DNA from: Octopus bimaculoides
Taxonomy: Eukaryota
Reading direction: 5' to 3'
Assembly: GCF_001194135.2 (NCBI RefSeq)
Contig: NC_068981.1
Coordinates: 183,199,953-183,235,086 of the forward strand
DNA length: 35,134 nucleotides
How positions within the stretch are numbered: the first letter of the stretch is position 1; each line of letters begins with the position of its first letter. The translations under genes were made by a program, and so were the position numbers. Below, piece by piece: positions 23,747 through 34,800 of this stretch. A model generated the notes under the pieces. That model worked only from the letters and a program-made list of their open reading frames with translations, was not told the origin of the DNA and did no database searches.

Positions 23747-23919
23747 TCTGATACTGCTAAAGCAATTCTTAAAACTGATGGCTTAACAATGGATGAGCAC
23801 ACTATATCTGTATCAATCAGTAACCCACCCAGTCGGAAAGCTCCAATGAACCGGAGACCTTCATCATCTACATCCACGTTCACTCCTACTTTAGGAGGAG
23901 GAAAGAAAGAAAGTGAAGT
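23747..23919 (+). CDS. SART3: SART3 exon 12 in window (end of RRM2); probably penultimate coding exon
   Basis: ttccag|...GT|gtaagt. Encodes SDTAKAILKTDGLTMDEHTISVSISNPPSRKAPMNRRPSSSTSTFTPTLGGGKKESE(V). A consensus GTAAGT donor at 23920 overlaps the in-frame TAA, and the conserved C-terminal tail is absent. Confidence 0.9.
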
Positions 23920-23950
23920 GTAAGTTCATTTTTAAGTCTATATAATATTT

Positions 23951-24629
23951 TGCATGATGTTGACTGGATGTTTGGGTTTTATCATTCTCAGTACATGTTT
24001 TGGGGACATAGCAAGCCAATGGTTGTTCTGTGTGTTCACCATCTGATCCTGTATGTTCAGTTGGAGGGAATGCTTGAGTTTGTTCAAAAGCTTCGTAGCG
24101 AGTCTTTCCTCTTGTACTTGATGGCTTGAGATAAAAATTGGCCCTTTCTCACCCTGTATGAGGAATACCAAATGTTTTTATGCACCGCCTGCCTTATAAG
24201 AAACTCAGACACTCCCATGTCCCAGGCGATGGACTTGATTGACTAGGAGGGATTGTTGTCAATAATGCCCTCAATTTCACCAACAAATTCAGGAGTTCTT
24301 TTCATATCAGAATGATCAGAGTGAAATTTCCAAGCTGCTGTACCTTCGTAATCATCATTAGACTCATCTAACTCTTTCCGAATTCTTTGCACTGTCCTCA
24401 AATTGATGCTCTGAAATGTTTGTATTGGAACTTCTGGCACGAATATCAAGCAGTACAGCATGTCGTTTCCAAATTTCTGGCAGAGTGAATTGCATCATGG
24501 TGCTGTTCTTCTCACAGACAGTACCCAACTGACCCTACTGTACTGTGTAACCTACAAAGTCAAAAGCAATCAATGTGCATGCACAAAATTAAAAATATAA
24601 AATGGCAACAATTTACCCATTGCACCCTG
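23951..24629 (-). mobile_element. 5' half of a decayed Tc1/mariner (DD37D/maT-like) transposon
   Basis: TA|CAGGGTG terminus at 24629-24631 (minus strand). Frameshifted peptides 'HSDMKRTPEFVGEIEGIIDNNPS..SIRSI' and 'KLLNKLKHSLQ..QDQMVNTQNNHWLA..KHPVNIM' resemble the HTH and early catalytic region. Confidence 0.75.
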
Positions 24630-24884
24630 TATATGTGTGTATGTGATGGGCTTCAGTCAGTTTCCATCTACCAAATATACTTACAAGACTTTGGTCCGTC
24701 TGGGACTATAATAGAAGATATTTGCCCGAGGTCCCATACAATGGGACTGAACTTGAAAAAAAAACTTCCTACCACACAACCATGTCGGCACCTATTTCTA
24801 TGTTCTTTTAAAAATCACAAATACTCTACTGGAGTATTGTCTGCCTGTTTGCATGCCTTTTGCTTGTTTTTTTCTTAATATCGA

Positions 24885-25320
24885 AACTGAACTAAATTCA
24901 ATGACTGGCACCCGTGCCAGTGGAGTGCTAACAGCACCATCCGAGTGGGTTCACTGCCAGAGCAGCGGTCTCACTTCCGTGCCAGTGGCACGTAAAAAGC
25001 ACCATTTGAGCATGATCGTTTCCAGCTTCGTCTTACTGGCACTTGTGCCGGTGGCATGTGAACAAAACATTGGAGTGACTCCTGTGCAGGTGGCATGTAA
25101 AACACACCATTTGAGTGTGGCCGTTGCCAGTACCACCGGACTGGCCCTCGTGCTGGTGCTCGTAAAAAGCACCCACTACACTCTCGGAGTGGTTGGCGTT
25201 AGGAAGGGCATCCAGCTGTAGAAACTCTGCCAGGTCAGATTGGAGTCTGGTGTAGCCATCTGGTTCGCCAGTCCTCAGTCAAATCGTCGACGTTAAATGA
25301 TGATGATGATAATGATGATG
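24885..25320 (+). mobile_element. Family C modular repeat (long, CpG-retaining copy)
   Basis: At least 4 modules plus the tail ending (ATG)n at the gap. Confidence 0.8.
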
Positions 25321-27608
25321 NNNNNNNNNNNNNNNNNNNNNNNNNNNNNNNNNNNNNNNNNNNNNNNNNNNNNNNNNNNNNNNNNNNNNNNNNNNNNNNN
25401 NNNNNNNNNNNNNNNNNNNNNNNNNNNNNNNNNNNNNNNNNNNNNNNNNNNNNNNNNNNNNNNNNNNNNNNNNNNNNNNNNNNNNNNNNNNNNNNNNNNN
25501 NNNNNNNNNNNNNNNNNNNNNNNNNNNNNNNNNNNNNNNNNNNNNNNNNNNNNNNNNNNNNNNNNNNNNNNNNNNNNNNNNNNNNNNNNNNNNNNNNNNN
25601 NNNNNNNNNNNNNNNNNNNNNNNNNNNNNNNNNNNNNNNNNNNNNNNNNNNNNNNNNNNNNNNNNNNNNNNNNNNNNNNNNNNNNNNNNNNNNNNNNNNN
25701 NNNNNNNNNNNNNNNNNNNNNNNNNNNNNNNNNNNNNNNNNNNNNNNNNNNTTTTGTTTTTTTGTTTTTTTGTGGTGGGTGGGGCTAGTTTCGGAACTTC
25801 TCACTTGGGTTTACGTCACAGCAGGTTAGACGGGGCTGGTCTGAATTGATGATGGCAGATGTGGGGGGGATGGGGGTTGATGGCAGCCATGGCAGTAATG
25901 GTGGTCTGCAAAACCAAACTGTTTTTTTTCTGCCTGCCACATCCGAACCTGTATCTATTTTAAATAATGTCGCACATTGTGACAGACTCCAAAATTTCTC
26001 TACTATCTCTCCACCCCCACCTCTCTCTCTCTCTCACCTAATTCTAAATGTTACCTCTGTGTGTCTGTAAACAATGGCATCTCTTAGTTCCAGTTCCCAC
26101 TCATGCTCCAATTCTCCATTTCACCCCTCACCTTAACTCCACTCCAATTTTGCTCTCCATTATTTTCAGACAGTGTGTGTATGTATATCAAAACTAACCC
26201 TAACCCTTCTTGTTGTTGACTCTCAATGCATTGCACCTACACTCTTTTCTCCCTCCCTCCCTCTCTTTCATTCTTTGTCTTTTCCNNNNNNNNNNNNNNN
26301 NNNNNNNNNNNNNNNNNNNNNNNNNNNNNNNNNNNNNNNNNNNNNNNNNNNNNNNNNNNNNNNNNNNNNNNNNNNNNNNNNNNNNGATCGGATCAACTGG
26401 AACCCTCGACGTCGTAAGTCACGGAGTGCCAACAAAATGATGATGTAATACTTGCAATGTAATGATTTCAAACGGGTAGGGAAAAAATAACGAGAAATCA
26501 GAAATTACTCCGGTTCCTAATTTTGTTCCCTCTTGATACTGTGGTGATAAGATCCCCGTTAACAGGCTGCCAATATTAAGTAAGGAAAGAGTCAAGCACT
26601 AATGATTTTCAAATTAATAGCCCCAATTCTCTGACCCTACTGGATTTATTGTGTATATAAACAAGCTGGCGGCTTCTCTAGGATTAGTTAAGCGATGAGA
26701 GCTCAATAAGTTTTCGAAAACCAATTAAGGTTGTCTGTCATTTTACTTTCGCAATCTACGAAGAGGTGGTTAAATTTGCCATATTTGTATATCTGCGACA
26801 TAAGTACACACACACATTTACATATGCGTACGTATGTGTGTGTGTGTGCTAGAAGTAAGAATAATCTAAGATTGTATATGTATGAAATCTGATTGAAGAT
26901 AGATTATTTACAAAGGTTGTAATGAAGGATTTGCTTGATTAGACATGAAATCGTATATCGTAAAAGTACTAAGTTTCGACCAGAATTGGCCCAGGCCATG
27001 GATAATTTAATGACAACATAATGGGAATCAACGAAGAACCAATCCTTTACAAACAGATTTCATCCCATCCTGCTGTGTATCAACTATCGTTTATCATATT
27101 GTTTACTAATTAATTCCATCTGTTAGATATATATATATATATANNNNNNNNNNNNNNNNNNNNNNNNNNNNNNNNNNNNNNNNNNNNNNNNNNNNNNNNN
27201 NNNNNNNNNNNNNNNNNNNNNNNNNNNNNNNNNNNNNNNNNNNNNNNNNNNNNNNNNNNNNNNNNNNNNNNNNNNNNNNNNNNNNNNNNNNNNNNNNNNN
27301 NNNNNNNNNNNNNNNNNNNNNNNNNNNNNNNNNNNNNNNNNNNNNNNNNNNNNNNNNNNNNNNNNNNNNNNNNNNNNNNNNNNNNNNNNNNNNNNNNNNN
27401 NNNNNNNNNNNNNNNNNNNNNNNNNNNNNNNNNNNNNNNNNNNNNNNNNNNNNNNNNNNNNNNNNNNNNNNNNNNNNNNNNNNNNNNNNNNNNNNNNNNN
27501 NNNNNNNNNNNNNNNNNNNNNNNNNNNNNNNNNNNNNNNNNNNNNNNNNNNNNNNNNNNNNNNNNNNNNNNNNNNNNNNNNNNNNNNNNNNNNNNNNNNN
27601 NNNNNNNN

Positions 27609-27650
<42 letters not shown>

Positions 27651-28061
27651 TATGTGTATCTATGTATGTATGTACGTTATGTACTTATATGTTATATTAA
27701 ATAAAAGAAATTAAGGAACGTTAAGAGATTGTCCATTTGACATTCTATTGTAAAAGAGACAGGAAGACAAATCTCAGTCATTGACGTAAATAATAATGTT
27801 TTTCGAGCATAAAGTTTTGTCTTTGCTATTTTCGTGGCACTCCGTCGGTTACGACAACAAGGGTTCCGGAACAGCCAGCTCGTGAAATTTACGTTCAAGC
27901 GGTTGAGCACTCCATAGACGCGTGCCCTAACTACGGGGCCATTGCACCCCCCACTGCTACTTTAAATCAAAATAAACTAAACTCCGTTTTATTCTATTTG
28001 TTAATTATTTATTGATAGTTCTTTTGTTTTTTTTTGTTGTTGTTTGTTTGTATATATGTAT

Positions 28062-28428
28062 TCTTTTATTCTTTTACTTGTTTCAGTCATTTTGACTACG
28101 GCCATGCTGGAGCACCGCCTTTAGTCGAACAAATCGACCCCAGGACTTATTCTTTGTAAGCCCAGTACTCATTTTATCGCTCCCTTTTGCCGAACCGCTA
28201 AGTTACGGGGACGTAAACGCACCACCATCGGTTGTCAAGCGATGTTGGGAGAGGGTGACAAACAAACATACATACATACATACATATATTTGTTTATTTT
28301 TATATATATAAATACACGTCGGGCTTCTCTCAGTTTCCGTCCACCAAATCCACTCACAAGGCTTTGGTCGGCCCGAGGCTATAGTAGAAGACATTTGCCC
28401 AAGGTGCCACGCAATGGGACTGAACCCG
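28062..28428 (-). mobile_element. SINE family A, 5'-truncated at the B box
   Basis: Reverse-complement match to 12034-12434. Confidence 0.85.
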
Positions 28429-31099
28429 CAGTATGCATATTGTTTTTTTTTTCTTCCTGTTTGTCTTAATCTGCTCACCTGCTAAATTCAATCCTGAATA
28501 TCCTGTCACGTGATACAGTTTCCTCTAACGCTAAGTTTGGTGGTTTTCCGAACATAAATCAGGATACACAGAGAAGACGTGAACGGCTATTATTTATTAG
28601 CGTTTTCAAAGAAATAGGAGTTAGTGTCTTATTGATGACCTCATTATAGTCATCCACTTACGCCAAGAACAGATCAAATGGTTGGCTAAATTTTGTAAGT
28701 AGTTTATTGCACACGCACACACACGCATGCATACGCTAAATACACAGTATGTTGTTTCATAAATTCGTTCGTTTTTCCTTCATGTATTTTAATCATTATT
28801 TTTCACCAATAACTTCAACAAACCAATCAATAATATTCTGTTGTGTCTGGGGAGAGTCATTCTCTTTTGGTGCCTTATAATTTAACACACTCACAGGTAA
28901 AATTTCCACTTATTTCTTTTTTTATTTTTCTAAAATTTTTGTTGCGTCTTGAAACATTTTTAATAGTTTTGACTCTGCCCGTTATTCACATTGCGTTCCT
29001 TTTTGCTTGTTTGTGTGCATGTGTGTGTGTGTGTGTGTGTGCATACACATGTATATATGCATGTATGTATGCATGCATGTGTGTATATGCATGTATGTAT
29101 GTGTGTGCATTTGTATGTATGCATTCTGCATATTCATGTGTTTGTGTGTTCGTGTTTGTGTGCATGCATGCATACATACANNNNNNNNNNNNNNNNNNNN
29201 NNNNNNNNNNNNNNNNNNNNNNNNNNNNNNNNNNNNNNNNNNNNNNNNNNNNNNNNNNNNNNNNNNNNNNNNNNNNNNNNNNNNNNNNNNNNNNNNNNNN
29301 NNNNNNNNNNNNNNNNNNNNNNNNNNNNNNNNNNNNNNNNNNNNNNNNNNNNNNNNNNNNNNNNNNNNNNNNNNNNNNNNNNNNNNNNNNNNNNNNNNNN
29401 NNNNNNNNNNNNNNNNNNNNNNNNNNNNNNNNNNNNNNNNNNNNNNNNNNNNNNNNNNNNNNNNNNNNNNNNNNNNNNNNNNNNNNNNNNNNNNNNNNNN
29501 NNNNNNNNNNNNNNNNNNNNNNNNNNNNNNNNNNNNNNNNNNNNNNNNNNNNNNNNNNNNNNNNNNNNNNNNNNNNNNNNNNNNNNNNNNNNNNNNNNNN
29601 NNNNNNNNNNNNNNNNNNNNNNNNNNNNNNNNNNNNNNNNNNNNNNNNNNNNNNNNNNNNNNNNNNNNNNNNNNNNNNNNNNNNNNNNNNNNNNNNNNNN
29701 NNNNNNNNNNNNNNNNNNNNNNNNNNNNNNNNNNNNNNNNNNNNNNNNNNNNNNNNNNNNNNNNNNNNNNNNNNNNNNNNNNNNNNNNNNNNNNNNNNNN
29801 NNNNNNNNNNNNNNNNNNNNNNNNNNNNNNNNNNNNNNNNNNNNNNNNNNNNNNNNNNNNNNNNNNNNNNNNNNNNNNNNNNNNNNNNNNNNNNNNNNNN
29901 NNNNNNNNNNNNNNNNNNNNNNNNNNNNNNNNNNNNNNNNNNNNNNNNNNNNNNNNNNNNNNNNNNNNNNNNNNNNNNNNNNNNNNNNNNNNNNNNNNNN
30001 NNNNNNNNNNNNNNNNNNNNNNNNNNNNNNNNNNNNNNNNNNNNNNNNNNNNNNNNNNNNNNNNNNNNNNNNNNNNNNNNNNNNNNNNGTTTACTATGAG
30101 TCGATCTAAAAGGGGATAATATGCAGTTTAGTATCGTAAAAAGGCGAATGTAAATAGCGTTCATAAATACAGGCATTGAAAATATTACCAGGGTATGTGG
30201 AATTTAGGGATTTGGCTGTTTGATGCAGTATAAAGAGGTGCGGAGAAATGCTGCCTGGTAAAGATCCTTGATCGTACATGCAAAACACGCTAACTCATTA
30301 TAATGCAGAAGAGATATTACCAAGGACGTATTTGATATACGATAGGTGAGTTTGTTCGTTTAGGTGACATGCATAGTTGAGAAGTTGTGAACGATTCTTC
30401 AAGTTTTGTTGATTCAACGATGAGAGCATCGATACACAGACGTTCGAAAGGCAGGTGATGCACACCATAAAGAAAACTAAGGTGACCATTCGGAACAAGT
30501 GGTTCTTTATTAACATCGTACCTGTATGAGTATATATGTGGCGGACTATATGCGTACGTTCTATGCATCGTTTTCATATTATATAAATACACACAATAGT
30601 ATCCGTCAATCATTGGGTAATTACTTTTATTCTTTCTCGGGAGCCACATTAAAAGTGTTATTATATATAGAGGTTTACTCCTCCTGTATGTGTGTATTTT
30701 ATAAGAAGAAAACATATAATAGTAATTGAAGTAGAAAAAAGATCAATTTCATACACGACCTTCTGTTTGTTTATTATATGACAATAAGTGAATTGTATGT
30801 GTTATTTTATATTTCAATATAGTAATGGTAATTAAATAATACACAAGGCTTTGGTCGGCACGGAGCTGTAATGAAAGAGAATTGCCCAACGTGCCGCACA
30901 GTGGGACCGAACCCAAGGCAACACGGTTGGAAAGCAAGCTTCTCGACCACACAGCCACACCTATAAAGGAGAGTCACATTTTGGATAATATACTCCTTGA
31001 TACAATATGCTTAACAAAAGGATGGGTTGTCTACGGCGAGAAGATCTTTCATTTTAATACTTACTCGAACAACGCAACAACTAACAATGCTACACCATA

Positions 31100-31584
31100 C
31101 AGAGTGTTCCAGAATTAACTATCTGTTTGAATGAAATTGAGCAAATTAAAAAACAAAAACTGACAGAATTTTATGTTTATTAGCAAAACAAACAGATTTA
31201 TAAATCTAACGTCAAACTTTTATGGAAAATTTTCAACATGTCTGTATCCCTGCATACTTCAAATCTCTCCTTAGCGTTGTGAAACACATTTTGAAGTATT
31301 TCAGGAGTTAGCTCCTGCACTGCTAACTGAATGTGCTCTTTAAGCTCAGCTAAACGATTGCTCCATCTTGGGGATGGAGGTAAAGAAAATGATTGCTGCC
31401 AAATTGAAAAAAATCAGTCATGGACAAATAAGAGGGGTCCAACAGAAATGAAAATAATATTATGAACAAAATTCAAAATTTATACACTTTTAACACATAT
31501 TAAACATGATAAACATAAATAAAAGTGAGTTTTAAAAAATGCATCCGATTTCACTCAAATCATCATTAATTCTGGGACACCCTG
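31100..31584 (-). mobile_element. Tc1/mariner deletion derivative (485 bp) with transposase C-terminal remnant
   Basis: TA|CAG(A/G)GTGT(T/C)CCAGAATTAA TIRs (19 bp, 2 mismatches) with TA at 31098-31099 and 31585-31586. Minus strand about 31370-31225 reads RLAELKEHIQLAVQELTPEILQNVFHNAKERFEVCRDT. Confidence 0.82.
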
Positions 31585-31959
31585 TATTTACATGTCCGAC
31601 TAAATGGGGGAGGGAACACAGTGGCGGAGGCACTAATTACAAATTGCTGTGAGTCACAACAGCAGNNNNNNNNNNNNNNNNNNNNNNNNNNNNNNNNNNN
31701 NNNNNNNNNNNNNNNNNNNNNNNNNNNNNNNNNNNNNNNNNNNNNNNNNNNNNNNNNNNNNNNNNNNNNNNNNNNNNNNNNNNNNNNNNNNNNNNNNNNN
31801 NNNNNNNNNNNNNNNNNNNNNNNNNNNNNNNNNNNNNNNNNNNNNNNNNNNNNNNNNNNNNNNNNNNNNNNNNNNNNNNNNNNNNNNNNNNNNNNNNNNN
31901 NNNNNNNNNNNNNNNNNNNNNNNNNNNNNNNNNNNNNNNNNNNNNNNNNNNNNNNNNNN

Positions 31960-32310
31960 CTAAAACCTAGTGCAGTATACTCAAATCTGATTAATCTGCG
32001 ACCCATAGTGCGGCCCATAGTCGGCGTCGAAATTTTTTTTAGTCAACAGCAATTTGAAGAGCCTTGGAGGAAAGCGACTGGATACTCTTCAAGTTATGGA
32101 CCTTAACGCTGCGAAAATACTTTAAAAATGCGGCTTATTTGTCCCTGGGCCCCTATTAGGAAAGAAGTTGAAAATTGCTTTAGCCCATAACACTCCATGG
32201 ACCCTATGTAATGCATGAGTAAAATTTCATTAAGATTGGTTGGGTGGATCTCGAGTTTTAACATGACAAACACACAGATAAATACACATCCTGTGTTTTA
32301 AATATATGGA
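31960..32310 (+). mobile_element. Possible non-autonomous Helitron-like 3' end
   Basis: Ends 'aaatttcattaagattggttgggtggatctcgagtttta..acaaacacacagataaatacacatcc..ttttaaatatat', resembling recalled Helitron/DINE-like 3' ends. The left part is lost in a gap. Confidence 0.35.
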
Positions 32311-33605
32311 ATTTCGCGGTCGTCACTTCCGGTTTCTCTCGCAATTTAGTATCACTTTTCTTTGGACATGTTAATCCAAAAAGTTTGTTAATAGTATCTA
32401 AGTTTTCGTTATATTTCTTTTACCAATGTATCCGTAAACGCTCATGCAGAAATATTTTATGAATTAGCAAAGAAAGACATCGAACGATATTGAAAGTTAT
32501 AATAATGGTTTATTACAAATTATGATAACAGGAAATAATTTGAACATTACAATAAATACATAAATAAATAGCACAGTACACAGCCAACACATATCACCGT
32601 AATCTTCGGTGTACTTAAGTTTGTTGTTGCTTAACACAAGGTGGGCCCTGATTAATTAATTATGATAATCAAATGTATTCCAACCATGACCACCTCATAT
32701 TGTTTTCAAGTGTTATATATATCAGACTGCATTAGCCAATGTGTCTTTCTTTTCTATTTTTTGTTTTGATGTCATCAGGTTGTCGTTTGAAGTCACTTAA
32801 TCTGCGAGAAATAGTAGCCAAATGATCCTCAAATAAGTAGGAAAGGACACATTGGGTATTGTAGTTGTAGACGTACTCCTCTATGGACTGGTCACGGCTG
32901 GAGTGGCTTCGATTACAGGTCTGCTCGATAAGGGCTCACCTGAGCCCCAAACAAGGAAACATACTGGCAGTTGTATTAGAGAGTATACACAGCGAAACAC
33001 TCAAACAAATTAAAAATACATGCATATATGCATACATACATGCACACATATATACACACATATATATGTATATATACTAACAGTTTGACTCAGCTCCCTA
33101 CAACTTAAAGTTTCGTAAGTTCATAGAACGAACCTAGACCATTATTGGCATGAGTATTTTATCAGGGCTGTACTTCAGTATTCTGAAGAAATTATAATAA
33201 AATATTTATAATTTATTCTAATATAAATTATTAATATAAATATGAAAGGAGTTATAATTTAATGGTTTCTTTTACAGGTCACAGCAAAGTCAAAAAAATT
33301 AAATAAATATAAAACAAACTGAGGATGTATTTACACCGCGTCAAACAATGTGACGGATAAAACATTAAATACATTGAGCGATAATCAATAATAAATAGCA
33401 ATAAGAGTCACAAAATGACAAGATGAGACCCTCTTAGTGATTACAATGGAGGCAACTCACATTGGATACCTTGGGTAGTTTTGGGGACCAACACACGAAC
33501 CCGGATTTACCCCTGACACAAAGTGCTTTGCCGCCAGTCCACAACCGCATAATGACAAAATGTCTATGTAGCCACGCCCACGTGCATTTGTTATGATAAT
33601 GTAAT

Positions 33606-33820
33606 GATCTTTTCTACTATAAACATAAGGCCTAGACTTTTGAAGGAGGGGGTTAGTCGATTATATCGACCCTAATACTTGATTGGTATTTATTTCATCG
33701 ACCCCGAAAAGACGAAAAGCGAAATCAACCGCGACAGATTTTGAACTCCCAACGTAAAGACGAACGAAATGCCGCCTTGCAGAATATCCGGCGTGCTAAC
33801 GATTCTGCCAGCTCGCTACT
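33606..33820 (-). mobile_element. SINE family D with 15-bp target-site duplication
   Basis: TTATGATAATGTAAT at 33591-33605 and 33821-33835 flanks a full reverse-complement family D copy. Confidence 0.85.
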
Positions 33821-33885
33821 TTATGATAATGTAATAATGATTTCTAATATAAAGAATGGGCTCAGCAGCTGTAAGACGGCCAATT

Positions 33886-34045
33886 GGCAGAATCATTATC
33901 ACGCCCGGCAAAATGCTTAGTGGCATTTCGTCCGTCTTTACGTTCTGAGTTCAAATTCCGCTATGGTCGTCTTTTGAGGTCGATAAAATAAGTACCAGTT
34001 GAACACTGGGATTGATGTAATCAACTTGACCCTTTCTCCAAGGTT
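33886..34045 (+). mobile_element. SINE family D
   Basis: 'ggcagaatcattatcacgcccggcaaaatgcttag...gagttcaaattccg...ggtcgataaaataagtaccag'. Confidence 0.8.
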
Positions 34046-34309
34046 ACTAGCCTTATACCGACCTCTGGGGCCCACATGACCCTCGTGAGTCCATGTTATA
34101 TTTTGTTGTTAAAAAATATATGCAAGAGTATGCTGTAGGCAGCTGGCACTTTCCGTCATCCCAGCAAAATAAGCTGAGAGTTTTTATCAAATAATAATAA
34201 TAATAATAATAATGATAATAATAAATTAAATAAAACAAATGGTACCATCAGCTTCGCATTGGGTCGACAGACATGACACAGGTAATTGTTCAGAAACCAC
34301 GCGCTTTAA

Positions 34310-34720
34310 TTAATTTCTCTGTGTCTGGTCTTCGCAAATACAACCTGAACGATATTTAAAAATTTCCGCTCTGTATTCAGTCACATTATTGCAATTGCGG
34401 GCCCGAAACACTGTCATGTTCGACCACACCTGTACGCAGCCATATTTATGAGAAATTGGGAATGAACATGAGTTAAGTTTGCCTGCAGGAGGTTCGTCAC
34501 ACGTGTATTCAGCGATTCTCTGTGGAAAACGATTGCTATCGAAGTTAACCTTACACGACGTATTACACACAGATCTATGAATAGCATCATCATCACATAC
34601 ATTTATATCTTCAGTGATGTTAAGTTTACTCATTGTGTAGATACTGGCTACATTCTTTTGTGCCACTGAGAAGTCTAACAGACACATCATAGCAACAACA
34701 CCGCAAAGAAGGCAATACAT
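34310..34720 (-). CDS. IL17: Interleukin-17-like cystine-knot cytokine (136 aa from ATG at 34720)
   Basis: Signal-peptide-like N-terminus MYCLLCGVVAMMCLLDFSVA. IL-17-type motifs RSVC...D.NRFPQ.IAE..C, C.QV...V and GCIC are present, with a TAA stop. A polypyrimidine tract and cag acceptor sit immediately before the ATG, implying an upstream exon. Confidence 0.85.
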   Translation of the reverse strand: MYCLLCGVVAMMCLLDFSVAQKNVASIYTMSKLNITEDINVCDDDAIHRSVCNTSCKVNFDSNRFPQRIAEYTCDEPPAGKLNSCSFPISHKYGCVQVWSNMTVFRARNCNNVTEYRAEIFKYRSGCICEDQTQRN

Positions 34721-34800
34721 CTGCAAGATAGAAGAAAAAAACTTTATTAGTTAAATTCTAGAGAAATAATTTTGAATAAATCAAAGACAGAAAGTTGAGA

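Larger units (their letters stand above)
1061..31959. other. Assembly gaps: 1061-1217, 5710-5809, 7207-7216, 15222-15345, 25321-25751, 26286-26385, 27144-27608, 29181-30088, 31666-31959
   Basis: N runs, mostly flanked by microsatellites or repeats. Confidence 0.98.

Noticed and set aside
23921-23923. In-frame TAA as the SART3 stop (ORF track 23708-23923)
   Set aside because: It overlaps a perfect GTAAGT donor and the conserved C-terminal tail is missing, so splicing is more likely.
25790-26160. GC-richer blocks with splice-like signals on the minus strand (for example frames HHYCHGCHQPPSPPHLP and ELEHEWELELRDAIVYRHTE)
   Set aside because: Short frames with no recognisable homology and no consistent exon chain. 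Also checked as the SART3 last exon on the plus strand with no match.
33505-33514. kappaB-like GGGTAAATCC (minus strand) downstream of IL-17
   Set aside because: A single degenerate 10-mer expected by chance, with no supporting cluster.
34721-34726. TTG start giving 'MQ' at the IL-17 N-terminus
   Set aside because: These bases are the ttgcag splice acceptor; the ATG at 34720 or an upstream exon is the likelier start.
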